A stretch of DNA of 64,000 bases from the human T2T-CHM13v2.0 reference genome, Homo sapiens, in NCBI RefSeq assembly GCF_009914755.1, contig NC_060931.1; one strand, given 5' to 3'. Each line of letters opens with the position of its first letter. Positions within the stretch are counted from its first letter, which is position 1. Position numbers and translations under genes: made by a program. This document shows positions 40,600 through 53,973 of this stretch, one piece after another. The notes below the pieces were generated by a model that was not told the DNA's origin, searched no databases, and saw only the letters and a list, made by a program, of their open reading frames with translations.

Positions 40600-43500
40600 A
40601 GAATAATGAAACCTCCTGGAAGGAAATAAATAAATCATCATGGTGGCATCAAGCTTTAGTTTTCTTTTTGGGTTGTGCAAAGTATTGCATTTTTAAAAAG
40701 TAGGGAATAAGAGAAGTATGGAGATACATTTTTGCAGTCTTTTTAAAGACTAAACACAGTTGAGGATTTAAAAATTTCCATTTTCTTCCCATAATGGCAA
40801 AGAAAAATAAGTTGATAGAGGAAAGTATTATTCGATGGAACAGAAAAAGAATGCAAAGAGACAGGTATCAGCTTCCTAGGCCATAATGATGATAGTAAAT
40901 TGGTCAGAGAAGTGAAATCTCAGGTATGAGTCCTCAGATGACAATATTCTGGGTATAATTTTTTCTCCCATACTTAAGAATCAATGAATGAACAATTCAT
41001 TTCTAAATAAATAAAGAAAATATGGTATTCTCATCCAGTTAGTCATTCAACAGGAATTATTTTGCAATAAGAACTTAAACCATTCTGTTTTGCTGAAAAG
41101 ATGTTGAGTATCTTTTATTGTTTCAAATTGTTTCAAAATTTATTCCATGTGGTTTATTAGCAAATGAGTTCTGAAGGCAGGTGTGTTTACAAAGGTTACT
41201 GGAAGAAAATACAAGATATAGAAATAAAAAATTAATTGGATTATTTTAACTGGTGTTCATAAATCCAGAAATAAAATTTTTTGGCACTTATGGAGCAAAG
41301 AAAATGTCAGTCTTCATGCTGATGGCAGTGGTGGCCTGTCTGGAGCAGCCACTGCCATGATGCCCGCTGCAGTGGGGGAGGTGCAGCTGGGGCTGCAGAC
41401 CCAGGCATCCCTGTGTCCTTGGGGGCTGGAAGCAGGCAGGATCCCCACCCTCCCAGGTGCTGCTGCAGCTGCCCAAGCCATGGCTGCAGATCTTGGCATC
41501 TCTGTGCTTTCAGGGTCCCAGGAAGCCCTTCTTCCCCCACAGGCTCCTGCTCCCTGGCCTCTCCCCACTGCTGGCAGCCGGTCTGATCTTGCAGCAAAGT
41601 TGAGGACCAGCCTGGGCGCTGTGGCAACCTGGCTGGGTGTGCACAAGCTCAGGGCAGTGCTGACATGCCAGCCCCCTGCTGCCTTGGCCCCCACCAGACC
41701 TTGGGCACCAACAAACACAAGAGGGAGGCCAAAGGGGGTGCTGAGGACAGCTCTGCATTGGCCTGCAGGTGCCCCTCAGCATGAACAGTCTGGGCGCCAT
41801 GAACAGCAGTAGGAGGCAGACAGGCTCCTGGGCCGAAAGGGACGGGTCCCCAGTGGAAGCTCACCTTCAAGCCAGAGAAAGCCTGAAGCCTGGGGGCCTG
41901 GCTGCCAGTCCCACAGACCAGGGTAGGAGATTACAGTGCTTTTTCTGGGTCACCCATGGACCAATCAGCACATACTTCCTCTCCTCTGAAGTCCGTAAAA
42001 CCCCCAGATTCAGCCAGACTCAAAAAAGATGACAGGATGACCAGCTGCAGAGAGGAACTACCCACCCTAGGGTTTCCTCTCTGCTGACAGCTGAACACTC
42101 ATCAGGACACCCTGGCTGTGGAGAGGAGCTATCCACTGTGGGTCTCCTCTGAGCTGTTTTATCACTCAATAAAGCTCCTGCTTTGCCTTGCTCACCCTCC
42201 TTTGTCCATGTACCTCATTCTTCCTGGATGCAAGACAAGAACTCGGGACCCACCAAATGGCAGGGTCAACAGAGCTATAACACAGGGCTGAAATATGCCC
42301 CTTGCTCGCCACATTGTAGGCAACAAGAAGGACAGCAGAGAGAAGGAGAGAAGAAATGCGACCCTTTGGGGAGCTCAGACCTGGGAGCTCCCCAAGCCAG
42401 GGCTGTGACACCTCCTTTGGGGCTCAGCAATTCCTGCTGTCTCCAAGTTTTTGGGCACCAGTGCATTCCTTGGTGCCAGCCGTGGAAGCTGCTTTCAGTA
42501 TGCAGTATGCAAGGCTAGTCCAGCTGCAGCCTTGCAGGGAGCCGACACCTGTGCTGGCTCCTGGAGTTTCCTGCCCCCACTGCCGCCAGCATGCCTGGCT
42601 GTGCGCAGTGGCCAGACACCTCACTTACCCACACACCCCTCACCGCTCTGCTCACCCTTGGCAGGCATGGGATCCAGGCCAGTAGCACGAGTTGAGTGCA
42701 GCCTGCCAGGCTGAGTGGGCCCAGCAGGCCCAAGCAAAACTTAGGCAAAGGCACCACCGGCCACAGAGATTTCCGGCTGGCGAAGCAATACCCTAAGAAT
42801 CCTGTGACAATGCCAACACAATTCTGGTTTGTTAAAAATTTCAAATGTGTCACATTTTGATAAGGCCAAACAGAGCAGAACCATGAATATGCTAAAACCT
42901 ATTAAAGAGTTATTTGAAATCAGGAATCAATATTTACACTATGGATATGCTGCAGGCTCCTGCATGATAGGTATGGCAGTTAGTTGAATTTTAAAGACGT
43001 CGTCTATTTTGGGTATAGATACCTTCAAAAGCAGGAAAATATGGAAAATTTAAATTTGCTATGCTTAAATTCTTATTAACATTTCTAACTTTTTTTTACT
43101 ATCCCTTATTCTTACTTCTATCAATTATTTGCAAAATGACTTAAAAATATTTTTAAAAATATTTTAAAAAATTTAAAGGGTTTATTGGCCCCAGATGGTA
43201 AATGGTGATTTTTTTTCCTGGTATAATGAAGGTAAATGAGCTCTACTTGATGTATTTCAGTACGTGTATCAATGTACATCAATAAGTGAATGGATAAAGG
43301 AATGACTCTAGACCCAATCAGTAAGAATATGAGGTGACTTTCAAAAAGAATATACAATAAAAGAAAGCAAGATAGAAAGGAGATCAAAGTGAAGGAAAAA
43401 TACTTCTTTATTTTCAATTTCAGTGCTTGAGAAATAGAGCCAAATATAGCTACTGGTTGTAGCAACTACTGCAGTCTCCTTAGCTACAGAGAAGCCATGA

Positions 43501-43700
43501 TGGCTCCTGTGCTGCTCATCAAGATTTCAAAGTTACAAAGTGAACCCAACTCCATGCCCAGTTCAGTTACAAAGTTGGAGACAGAGTTGTGCACACCTAC
43601 AGGTATGTTATCTGAAAGAAGACATTGTGAGAACATAGAGCCTCATGACTTTGAAAAAAATATACATCAAAATGCAATTTTTAATGAGTCTGCTTTCTGT
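40600..43700 (+). mobile_element. Decayed hAT-family transposase fossil interrupted by MER52A
   Basis: Collinear degenerate motifs CKETGISFLGH, VIQQELF, GLLANE, YGYAAGSCMIG, PNIAT..TTAVSLATEK..ISKL, ERRHCENI..DFEKNIHQNA. Confidence 0.6.
41320..42809 (+). mobile_element. MER52A-type ERV1 solo LTR
   Basis: TGATGGCAGTGGTGGCCTGTCTGGAGCAGCC...CCTGTGACA; 4-bp TSD ATGC at 41316-41319 and 42810-42813; AATAAA at about 42168. Confidence 0.92.
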
Positions 43701-43879
43701 TCCTATAAGCCAACTCCAACTCACTGCTTTGCAACTTGAGCCTTTATTCTTTATGCAACACTTATACTTCATTTCGTGCTGCCTTTCCCTTCTCAGTTGA
43801 CAGTTCCAGTTTCCACAGAGGCAAAAAACAAAAACAAAAACAAAAACAAAAAACAACAACAAAAACAGCTGCATTTAAA

Positions 43880-44400
43880 TATATATTTAAAATTTATGAT
43901 ATATATGCAAGGATGTTTATGGCAGCATTATTGATATTACTGAAGAATTTGGGATAACTTTAATGACCATAAATATGGGAAGGACTAAATAAAACACCAT
44001 ACACTGATATTCTGGAATATTATGGAGCCACTACAAATAATATAATACTGGTATTAAAGGCTATTCATGATTACATTTCTGAGTAAAAAGGAAGTTATAG
44101 AACAATATGTTTAACAAGATCCCATTAAAAAGAAGCGATCCTCTCTCTATAGGTACATTAAATGTATATTGCATGTATACAAGCATATGCAATACACACA
44201 TATATTTTATACACATATATATTATACAGTATATGTGTTTGTGTGTTTAAAAAGACTGGAAAGATACTTGTTGGATTTGTAAGTGATTATTCCAGGGGAG
44301 TGGGAATGGAGGTAATTTTTACTTTTAATTTTAAACATTTTGGTATTGTTTTCTTTAACAAGAAGGTGATACATTAATAATTCAAAACTTTTTTTAAAGA
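43880..44400 (+). mobile_element. L1ME-type 3' fragment
   Basis: gcaaggatgtttatggcagcatta...ggaatattatggagcc. Confidence 0.7.
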
Positions 44401-44450
44401 TAGAGCATATCTGCTATTGAGAGTGTACTTTGTAAGTGATGTCCATTTTT

Positions 44451-44604
44451 TTTCTCTTTCTCTCTCTCTCTTTTTTTTTTTTTTGTAGAGATGGGGTCTT
44501 GCTATACTGCCCAGGCTGGTCTAAAATTCCTGCCCTCAAGCAATCCTCCTGTCTTGGCCTCCTAAAGTGGTAAGATTACAGGCATGATCCACTACACCTG
44601 GCTG
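44451..44604 (-). mobile_element. FLAM_C / Alu left monomer
   Basis: Single arm with 13-bp TSD gatgtccattttt at 44438-44450 and 44605-44617. Confidence 0.9.
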
Positions 44605-45288
44605 GATGTCCATTTTTATGTATCTTCTCTAAAAATGCATTATGTGTACAACTGGGTCTTCAGTATCTGACTTTTCATCCCAGGCTCAAATGTTTCCTAG
44701 ACTCTTAAACATGCCATTGTCACTTCTGAAGCATAGAAAAGGCACAGAGAGATAAAATGATTTAAAAAAAATCATCATCCAAGTTCTTGATAGTGGTAAG
44801 TCAACAAACTAAATCATAATTAATATTTTGCTTAGCCACCGATGAAGTGATATCAAATCTTATTAAATATGATTAATTAAAGCATTGTTGTAAATAAACA
44901 CAAATCACTGACCACCTCAAAGCCTTTGCAGCCACTTTTGAGAAGTGCAGCTCTAAGACTAACTTGGATTTTTCCACTCCCAGTCTCATCCTCAGACAGC
45001 CCAATTACTGGGAAACACAAGGCTGAATTTGAAATTATTTTATGGGGGCGATTTTTCTGTCCCCTTACCCCCAGTTTCAACTCAATTAAGGATGCTTTCT
45101 TGTTTGGCGATTGCCCGATTGTGGGATATCTTCATATAAATTCCCCCAAAATGGAATCATGGATAGATATGTTGTAACAAACTGCACATTCCCTGATGTT
45201 TGCTTTTTTCGAAAATGCGTTAGTTCTACCTTCTTTTTAAAAATTCATTAATTCATTTATTTCTGCAAAGAGGGAGCGCCTTTAAGTC

Positions 45289-45289
<1 letters not shown>

Positions 45290-45339
<50 letters not shown>
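45290..45339. repeat. (AC)25 microsatellite
   Basis: Perfect dinucleotide run. Confidence 0.98.
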
Positions 45340-45341
<2 letters not shown>

Positions 45342-45499
45342 ATACCCAGGTACTCAGGCCCATGCAGTCAGTCATTTACTAAATCAATCTAGGCTGGAGA
45401 GACTGTCATCCTTCAGCCCTACAAAGGGGCTCAGTGTGTGCATCTTGCGCGGAATTAGTGCAGGCAAACAGTTCCTGGAAGGGTGAACAGCTAGCTCAT

Positions 45500-45770
45500 G
45501 TGTAAAATGATCGCACATCGGTTCCCCAGCTGCCGCAGCCCAGCGCCGGAGCCGGAGAGGCCAGGGAAGAGCCTTCCCCCGAGGCCAGCCAGGCAGAGAC
45601 GCGGGAACATAAAACACATTCCAGCGGTTGGCATCTGGGCGCGCAGCTGCCAGGCGCAGCCACTGTGTGGCCGCGGGGGCTGCGGAGCGGGCGGGGGCAG
45701 AGCAGGTCCGGCGCCAGGCCTGCAGAAAGCGGCCTGCGGGCCAGTTTGGCTCTGCAGGCTGTGGCCTCAT
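45500..45770. promoter_or_regulatory. Small non-repeat CpG island (candidate enhancer/promoter)
   Basis: About 22 CpGs in 45511-45740 within CpG-poor surroundings; GC box gggcggg, CAGCTG E-boxes, ACATTCCA. Confidence 0.75.
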
Positions 45771-48700
45771 TACTGAGAGCAACAGTTTTATCTAGAAAGT
45801 GTGCTGTGGGGGATTTTGGAATCCTCCTCTGGGGCGAGGGCTTGGGGAGTAGCTTTGGCACTCCCAAGGCTCTGGAGTCGGGGAGCATTCCATGTACCGT
45901 GGTGTTCATGACTCAGGCAAAAGGGAAACCCCAGAATTACCACAAAGCTATCCCAATCCTGGCTTGGCATCACCAATCAGCTAAAAGCAATGTTTTCATT
46001 TAGCATTTAGGAGTGCACGTTTGTGTCTGTGTATGCGTATGCATATTTTTAAGAATGAATTCTCCCGATTTTCATCTTTGCAAATAGATTGGGGGTTGGG
46101 GGTAGACGGCCGGTAATGCCTATTAGAACTTCAAGGGATTGGTTTTCACATGAGAGAGCTTCAGAAATGAGAAATCGCTGAAATTATCTGGTAGCAGCTT
46201 CTGAGGGACATTTACCGTGGATTCACTTTTACATTTCAGTTCATTTGAAAGCCAGTATGGTTAAATTAACCAAAATCTAAATTAAAAAAAAAATTCCACG
46301 ATTCTTCCAGGCCTACTTCACATCATCAAACCAGGCCCTGCTGGAGGCCCCATTAAAATGGCAGCTCCCACTGAGAGAGAGACAAAAGCCCCCTCTCTGA
46401 ATGGGGATGCTGAAACAGTGATGGACTCTCAGAACTGCTTTTTTTTTTTTTTAATCCATTAAAAAAAAGTTACCTCTGCATTGACTGTGAGAGAGTATTT
46501 ATTTCGCTCTCCACACTGTGGGAAACAGAGGCGTTCTCCCTTATAAGGACACCCAGACCTTCTTGGGAGAGGAGAGAAATATGAATCCATAACATGGCTG
46601 AACAAATTCCTCCTCGCAACTGAATTCATGGAATGTTTCAGACGTGAACAGCTTAATTTTGGTGTGGTCTGGGACAAATTAATATGACTCAAATCCCACC
46701 TCACAGAGGAAGCATCTCCTGATGAAGTGGGTGGGGTGAGTACACTCACTTCCTTCAAAATTCTGTCTAACAATCATCTCTATTAAATTTCAATATGTCT
46801 CACCCTCTCCCCCAGCAAGAAAAAAAAAACAAATAGGGAAATCAAGAACAAACTAAAAATATATCTAAAAAGCCTAACTGCAAAGTGTTCAGCAAATGAT
46901 TATGTGAAATTTTAGGCTGTATGAATGATAATGAGTTTGTATACAACAGAATAAAAGCTTCTAGAGGGTAGTCCAGAAACTTTGTATTTTGGGAGTGAAT
47001 ACATTAAACAAGATCACTCTTCTAGGTTCTCATGAAATCCCAGTTATCGTTATTCCAACCCGGAAGGCTTAGGGATGAACAAGGACATATCATTCTTTTC
47101 TTCCAGAGGATGAACTGGACTTTTCACCTTAGCATTTAATCGGACACCACTCTTTTCCCATAGAGGTGCTCAGTCTCTAGCAGGGAAGGCCATTTATACA
47201 TGAAAATGAACTGTAATGTTATCCTCTCCAGGACTAAATTTATTTACTTTTGTAAAATGGGAATAATTTCTTCACGCTTTCAAAGTGGAAAAATGATTGC
47301 TAGCACATATGGGAGTAGATTCTTGAGTGAAAGTTACTATAAATATTAAATATACAGTGGGATTTAGGAACCCACTTGCATGTGGCTCACACACATTACC
47401 TTATATTTACAGAAGGCAGTGGTGAGAAAGATTACTTTTCAATGATCAAAAATAGAAATCACGTTTATTTGGCTTTGAACTGCATCATATGCTTGTTCTT
47501 TCTACATATTTAGCATGTAATTATGTTTGGGTTTGGTTTGTGTTAAAAATTAGATTACATTTCCTGAACCACTGATAATCAGCAGAAGTTCTTCAAGAAG
47601 CAAGATGGGTTGTTAGGCACTTTGAGGTGGAATGCCAGCCGAGATGCCATTTTTGAGATGCCCCTGGGCTCTATAAGCACAGGAGACCATTAGAGACCAT
47701 GAAATGCTGACAAACCCAGTGTGATAATACCACTCTGTGTGACAATCTCTGTAGTGGTAGAGGCTGTATATGTACTCTAGAACAGTGCTCCCATTCTAGA
47801 GTGGGGTTCTCAGAACACATGTCCCTTTCCAGATGCATCTGCTATACATAGTTTTTCTATAAGAACACTATTTTGATCAAGAATCAATAGGAGAGACATT
47901 TAATTTAATATCACTGTTAAGAGCCTTTGAAAAATGCTTATTAATAAAAGATACAAATTTATGCATCCCCTTTTCATTACAAGAATCATACACCATCAGA
48001 GGTAAAAGGAACATCCTTCAGAACTGGTTTTCAAATGCTTTTTTTGACTTGAAATAGACTCCTTTTAAAAATGGAATAAAAAGAAATAAAAGTCCACATG
48101 GCATTCCAATATGTAAAATAATACCAGTATGTCTTACTGAACAGGGGAAATACATAGGGTTTCAGAAGTTCATTTTGAAAATCACTGTGTTAACATGTTT
48201 CCTAAACTTCCTGAAAAAGAAACTATATGAATCATCTCAGGATGCAAAGGAATAGTAACAAACACAGAAATCCTAAAATATCGGGGAAATGGTATCATTG
48301 TACTAAGATGGCACCTACTCGTATACAGATGAAGAAATGGGAGCCTGATTGTTTGCAACAAATGGCCAAAGGTTGCACAGCTCCTTTAGGACAAATTCAG
48401 GATGCAAATTCAATGTTTTTCTCCCCAGCTTGCGGGTCACTATCTGATGCCGCCTCTGGAGTCTGGAATGCCTTTGAAATCAGGCTGTATGACACTCTAA
48501 TCAATTTTAATGATCTAAAGCTTTTATAAATTGGTGAAAAATTTTATAGCACAAAACTACTTTCTACATTGTTCTGTGCTGCCACAAAAATCAATCACGA
48601 TTCTCAGGGATATTTTTATGTTCATATATTGATGATAATCATTCCTTATATTTATGTAGCTAGATATGCATGGCTTAAACACCACCACATGCATTCTGGG

Positions 48701-50859
48701 ACTGGACATAGGACATGACATCCTTGACCAGTAAATCCCTTGAATGAGTGCATTTTCCCCCTCTGTGCATGTCTCCTTCTCGTCCATTGTCTGTCTCCTT
48801 TTCATGCCTGTCAGGCGATGGCCATGACTGTGCACTTATAAAGGTCAGTGACCCAGCAGAGAGGGCAGGCCCTGCAGAAGGCGTGTTGATGAAGCATTAC
48901 AATGCACACTGAATTTGTTAGCTCTCTGGCTTACTCCCAGGGGCAGGCTACAATTGTTTCCTGTGTGGCATGGCACCCACCCGGAACTCTTATGGTATGG
49001 GCCATTCCAACCAGGAATCTCTAAACCACATCCTACAAAATAAACATCCCATATTTCCCAGCTCACTAGATTCTTATACCTGGCTCTCCTTCCCTTAATT
49101 TGTACACTATACCCAGTGAAATGAATTAAAACAGAGTTATCTCTTATTTACATAAACAGCCATAGGGAGGTTTTCAAGGGATTATTTGCAAAACTGGGAG
49201 GCCACATAGATAATAATAAACTCACATCTTTCAGGTTGAAAACTTTTAGAAGGCTGAGGTCTTAAGCCTCTTTATATTACAAATACTAAATTAAACAAAA
49301 TCAGACATGGCATTTCCTTTGAGATTGTCTCAAGGAAGGCAAGCATTTATTTCTCTCTTTGGAGCATCTACCTTTTAATAAAGCAATGATTATCTAGAAA
49401 TGGAAACCTGTGATTCAAAAATAAAAGATTCACCTAAAATTTCAAATTTGCTGTAATTTATGCTACCTGTGCAAAACTTTTTACTGAAGTGAAATAGAAT
49501 GAAAAAGTTGCCTGCATATGTTCTGGTTCTGGTTGTGTTGCAGTAGTTTGTATCAGACTGCCCTTCCTACAGATAACAATTGTGAACTCTGGACAAAATA
49601 TTAAAAGAAAACAATTGAAACATACTGGGGAGACAACAAAGCAGCCCAAAACCAGAGAGAATTTGATCCTTGAAATAAGGAACCACATTAGATAAAATCA
49701 ATGTATTTATTGATTTTTCCAAAGGTGCTCTATACTCCACTTGGTGCAGGACAGCTAGAATTGAAGCAGAAAGCTACAGTCTTATTGACCTGAGGAGTCA
49801 AAGGATAGTGTTTGGAGCTTTCACAACATCTGGAAATTGAGGGGTAAAAATCCCAGAGAGAAAGATCACAGTGGGGCTAGGTAGGCCCCATATCTGCTCA
49901 TAATCTCCTCTCTAATCTTTGGTGACCCTGAACTGTACGTGTGAAGGGGAAACTCCAAGTTGACCAGTGAAAAACTGTAGCTGAGAGACTGAAAGAACAG
50001 AACAGAAATTTTTAAGCTCTTGTTCACTGCACCAAGACAGAGTTTAGAGTTTGAGTCCTGCCAAGTTTGAGGGGCTTGGTAGTTTTTCAAGATTTCCACT
50101 TAAACTCTAGAAAACTCATGCTTTAGTTATAAAGACTAGTTATCAGATTCCAGAGATTTGCTTTAGGACTAATAACACAATGGAAACACACCCCATCAAA
50201 GCATAAAATTAAGCCTCTAAAAGTTCATTGGTGAGCTGCCAGTAATTTAAATGCCATGGACCACAAAATTCGGTACTGTTGAGAGGAAAAAACAGAAACT
50301 AGACTTTATAATGTATTCTTTATGATGTCCAGTATACACTAAAGAAGTACTAGACATACATATGAAGAAATGGGGAAACGTGACCAAACAGTAAATGACC
50401 CAAGATGACTCAGATGTTACAAAGACTTAAAATTAGCTATTATATATTTGTTTAAGGAATTAAAGAATAAGATAGTCATAATAAGTGGACAGATGGAATA
50501 TTTCAGCAGAAAAATGCAAACTAAAAAAGAATGAAATATAAATTTTCAAGCTAAAAAGTACAATGTCTGAAATAACATTTACTGGATGAATTTAAGAGCA
50601 AAGGATTAGTTAATTAGAAGACATCCATAGAAACTATCCAGTCTGAAGAATAGAGAGAAGAAAAATTATGTGAAACAGTGTGTGAAGAGAACTTTAAGGT
50701 CCTGTGGGAAAGTATCAAATAATCCAATATATATGAAATTGGCTTCCCAGAAAAAGAAGACAGGGAAAAGGAAAACATTTAAAAAATAATAGATGACTAA
50801 TGGAAAAATATCAAATTATAAATCCACAAAGCTCAGAAAACCCCAAGCAAGGCAAGTAC

Positions 50860-50906
50860 AACAAAACAAAACAAAACAAAACAAAACAAAACAAAACAAA
50901 ACAAAC
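50860..50906. repeat. (AAAAC)n
   Basis: About 9 tandem pentamers. Confidence 0.95.
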
Positions 50907-52057
50907 ATCTAGGCACAGTTTAGCCAAAGTTGTCAGAGGAAAAAGATATCACATACAGGGATCAATGATATAATTAATCACCTACTTTTCAACAGAAACG
51001 ATGAGACAGATACAATGTAACAACATCTTCAAAGTGCTGAAAGATAAAATGTGTCCATCTGGACTTCTACATCCAACTAAAATATCCTTCAAAAATGAAG
51101 ATAAAGGCTGACCTGCTAAAGGTATATTAAAAGAACATTTTCAGACCAAAGGAAATAATACTAAGTACCAACTCAGATCAACAGAAGAAATAAAGAACAC
51201 CAAAAATGTTTTTTCAAAAGTAGGTAAATATACAATATTTTTTCTTCCTTTTTAAAAAACATAGCTCATTGTTTAAAGCAACATTTAAAACACTGCATTG
51301 TGGCATTATAATGTATGTTGATATATAGCATGTGACTGGGAATTAATGGAATGTTATTGTTTCTGGGCTTTTACATTTTACATAAGGGGGTCAAACATTC
51401 ACTCTAGGTAGGCTGTGGTAAGTCAATAATGCGTGTTATAATACCTAATTACTTTAAAAATACAAAAATGTATAGTTAAATCCATGGGAAAACTAAAATG
51501 AATACTACAAAAATGTGAGTAAGCAAAAATAATGTAGGAAAGGAGAAACAAAGGAAAATGATGGGGTAAATAGACAATAAATAACAAAATGGTAAACCTA
51601 AATCCAACTATATCAATACTTACACGAAACATAAATGGATTAAACACTAACTAAAGACAAATATTGCCAAATAATATAAAAAAGCAAGATTCCACCATAA
51701 ACAGTCTATCAGATATGCACCTTAAATATAAAGATACAGATAGGTTGGAAATAAAAGTAAAAATATATACCATGCAAACTGTGAGCAAGAGAAACGGGAT
51801 ATGACTGTGTTCACCCTAGAGAAATGCAGGCTTCAAACGAAGGAATATTAGTAGAAGTTAAAGGCATTTCATAATGATAAAAGATCAATTCATCAGAAAG
51901 ACATAATAATTATAAATGTATATGCAGTTAATAATAAAACTTCAACATATAAGGAGCAAAAACTGACAGAACTAAAGAGGGGACCAAACAAATCCACAAT
52001 TATAAAGACCTAACATCACCCTCCCAGTAATTGAAAGAATAACTAGGTGAAAAATTA

Positions 52058-52329
52058 GGCCGGCAGCAGTGGCTCACGCCTGTAATCCCAACACCTTGGG
52101 AGGTCGAGACCATCCTGGCTAATACGGTGAAACCCCGTCTCTACTAAAAAAAAAAAAAGAAAAAATTAGCCAGGTGTGGTGGCGGGCGCCTGTAGTCCCA
52201 GTCCCAGCTAGGGAGGCTGAGGCAGGAGAATGGCATGAACCCAGGAGGCGGAGCTTGCAGTGAGCCGAGATTGCGCCACTGCACTGCAGCCTGGGCGACA
52301 CAGGAGACTTCATCTCAAAAACAAAAAAA
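52058..52329 (+). mobile_element. AluY with internal 30-nt deletion
   Basis: accatcctggctaa, gaatggcatgaa, gcggagcttgc. Confidence 0.92.
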
Positions 52330-52703
52330 TGGGAGATTTTGATACTAAGAACCATCTTGACCTAACTGACATTCACAGAATGCTGTAACCAGTAACTTCA
52401 GAAGATATATTCTTTTTAAGTACATAAAGAGCATTCATCAAGATAGACCATATGCTGGGCCATAAAACAAGACTCAAATTTCAAAGGACTGGCATTTTAC
52501 AAATATGTTTTCTTACCACAGAGGAGTTAAATGAGAAATTAATTACAATAAGATCTCTTGAAGACTGCTAAATGAACTGTAGGTTAAAGAAGAAATCACA
52601 AGAAAAATGAGAAACTTTCAAAATGAATGATAATGAACATATATCAAAATTTGTGGAATGCAGGTAAATCAGTTATTAGAAGAAATACACTTTGAAATGT
52701 TTA

Positions 52704-53012
<309 letters not shown>

Positions 53013-53194
53013 TTAGTTCAAGAAAGATGTAAAATCAATGATGTAAATTTTCACTTCAAGCCACTACAAAAAGAACAAATTAAACTCAGTTAAACCATAT
53101 ATATGTAAATAATAGAAATAATAAATGTAAAAGTAGAAATCAATGCAATAGAAAAGAATAAAGAAAATTAACAAAAGACACAAGTTGTTTCTTT

Positions 53195-53511
53195 TTTTGG
53201 TGATATTATCTTATATATCTTTTTTATTTATTTTATTTTTTTATTATACTTTAAGTTTTAGGGTACATGTGCACAACGTGCAGGTTAGTTACGTATGTAT
53301 ACATGTGCCATGTTGGTGTGCTGCACCCATTAACTCGTCATTTAACATTAGGTATATCTCCTAATGCTATCCCTCCCCGCTCCCCTCACCCCACAACAGG
53401 TACCGGTGCGTAATGTTCCCCTTCCTGTGTCCGTGTGTTCTCATTGTTCAATTCCCACCTATGAGTGAGAACATGCGGTGTTTGGTTTTTTGTCCTTGCG
53501 AAAGTTTGCTG
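53195..53511 (-). mobile_element. Young L1PA (PA2-4-like) 3'UTR fragment
   Basis: L1 3'UTR reverse complement; 15-bp TSD acaagttgtttcttt at 53180-53194 and 53512-53526. Confidence 0.95.
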
Positions 53512-53635
53512 ACAAGTTGTTTCTTTGGAAAGAGTAATAAAATTTATAAACTCCCAGCAAAGCTGATTCAAGAAAAAAAATAGAAGCAGAAATTACTAAT
53601 ATCAGGAATAAAATAAAACTGTAGCGCCTATAGAC

Positions 53636-53973
53636 CAGCAGTCTCCAACCTTTTTGGCACCAGGGACCAGTTTTGTGGAAGACAATTTTTCCATGAAATG
53701 ATTGGGGAGTGGGTGGTTTCGGGATGAAACTCTTCCACCTCAGATCATCAGGTATTCAATTCTGATAAGGGGCATACGCCTAGATCCCTTGCATGCACAG
53801 TTCACAATAGGGTTAGTGCTCCTATGAGAATTTAATACCACCGCTGATCTGACAGGGGGCGGAGCTCAGGCAGTAATGCTTGCTCGCTCACTGCACACCT
53901 TCTGCTGTGTGGCCCAGGTTCTAAGAGGCCACGCACCAGTACCTGTCTGTGGCCTGGGGATTGGGGACCCCTG
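53636..53973. mobile_element. MER1B hAT-Charlie MITE
   Basis: CAG..CCAACCTTTTTGGCACCAGGGACC...GGGGACCCCTG; perfect 8-bp TSD ctatagac. Confidence 0.93.

Noticed and set aside
41288-42853. Dense overlapping ORFs
   Set aside because: Stop-poor GC-rich MER52A LTR; no recognisable protein
45384-46003. ORFs over the CpG island
   Set aside because: Open on both strands because of GC content; no homology recognised
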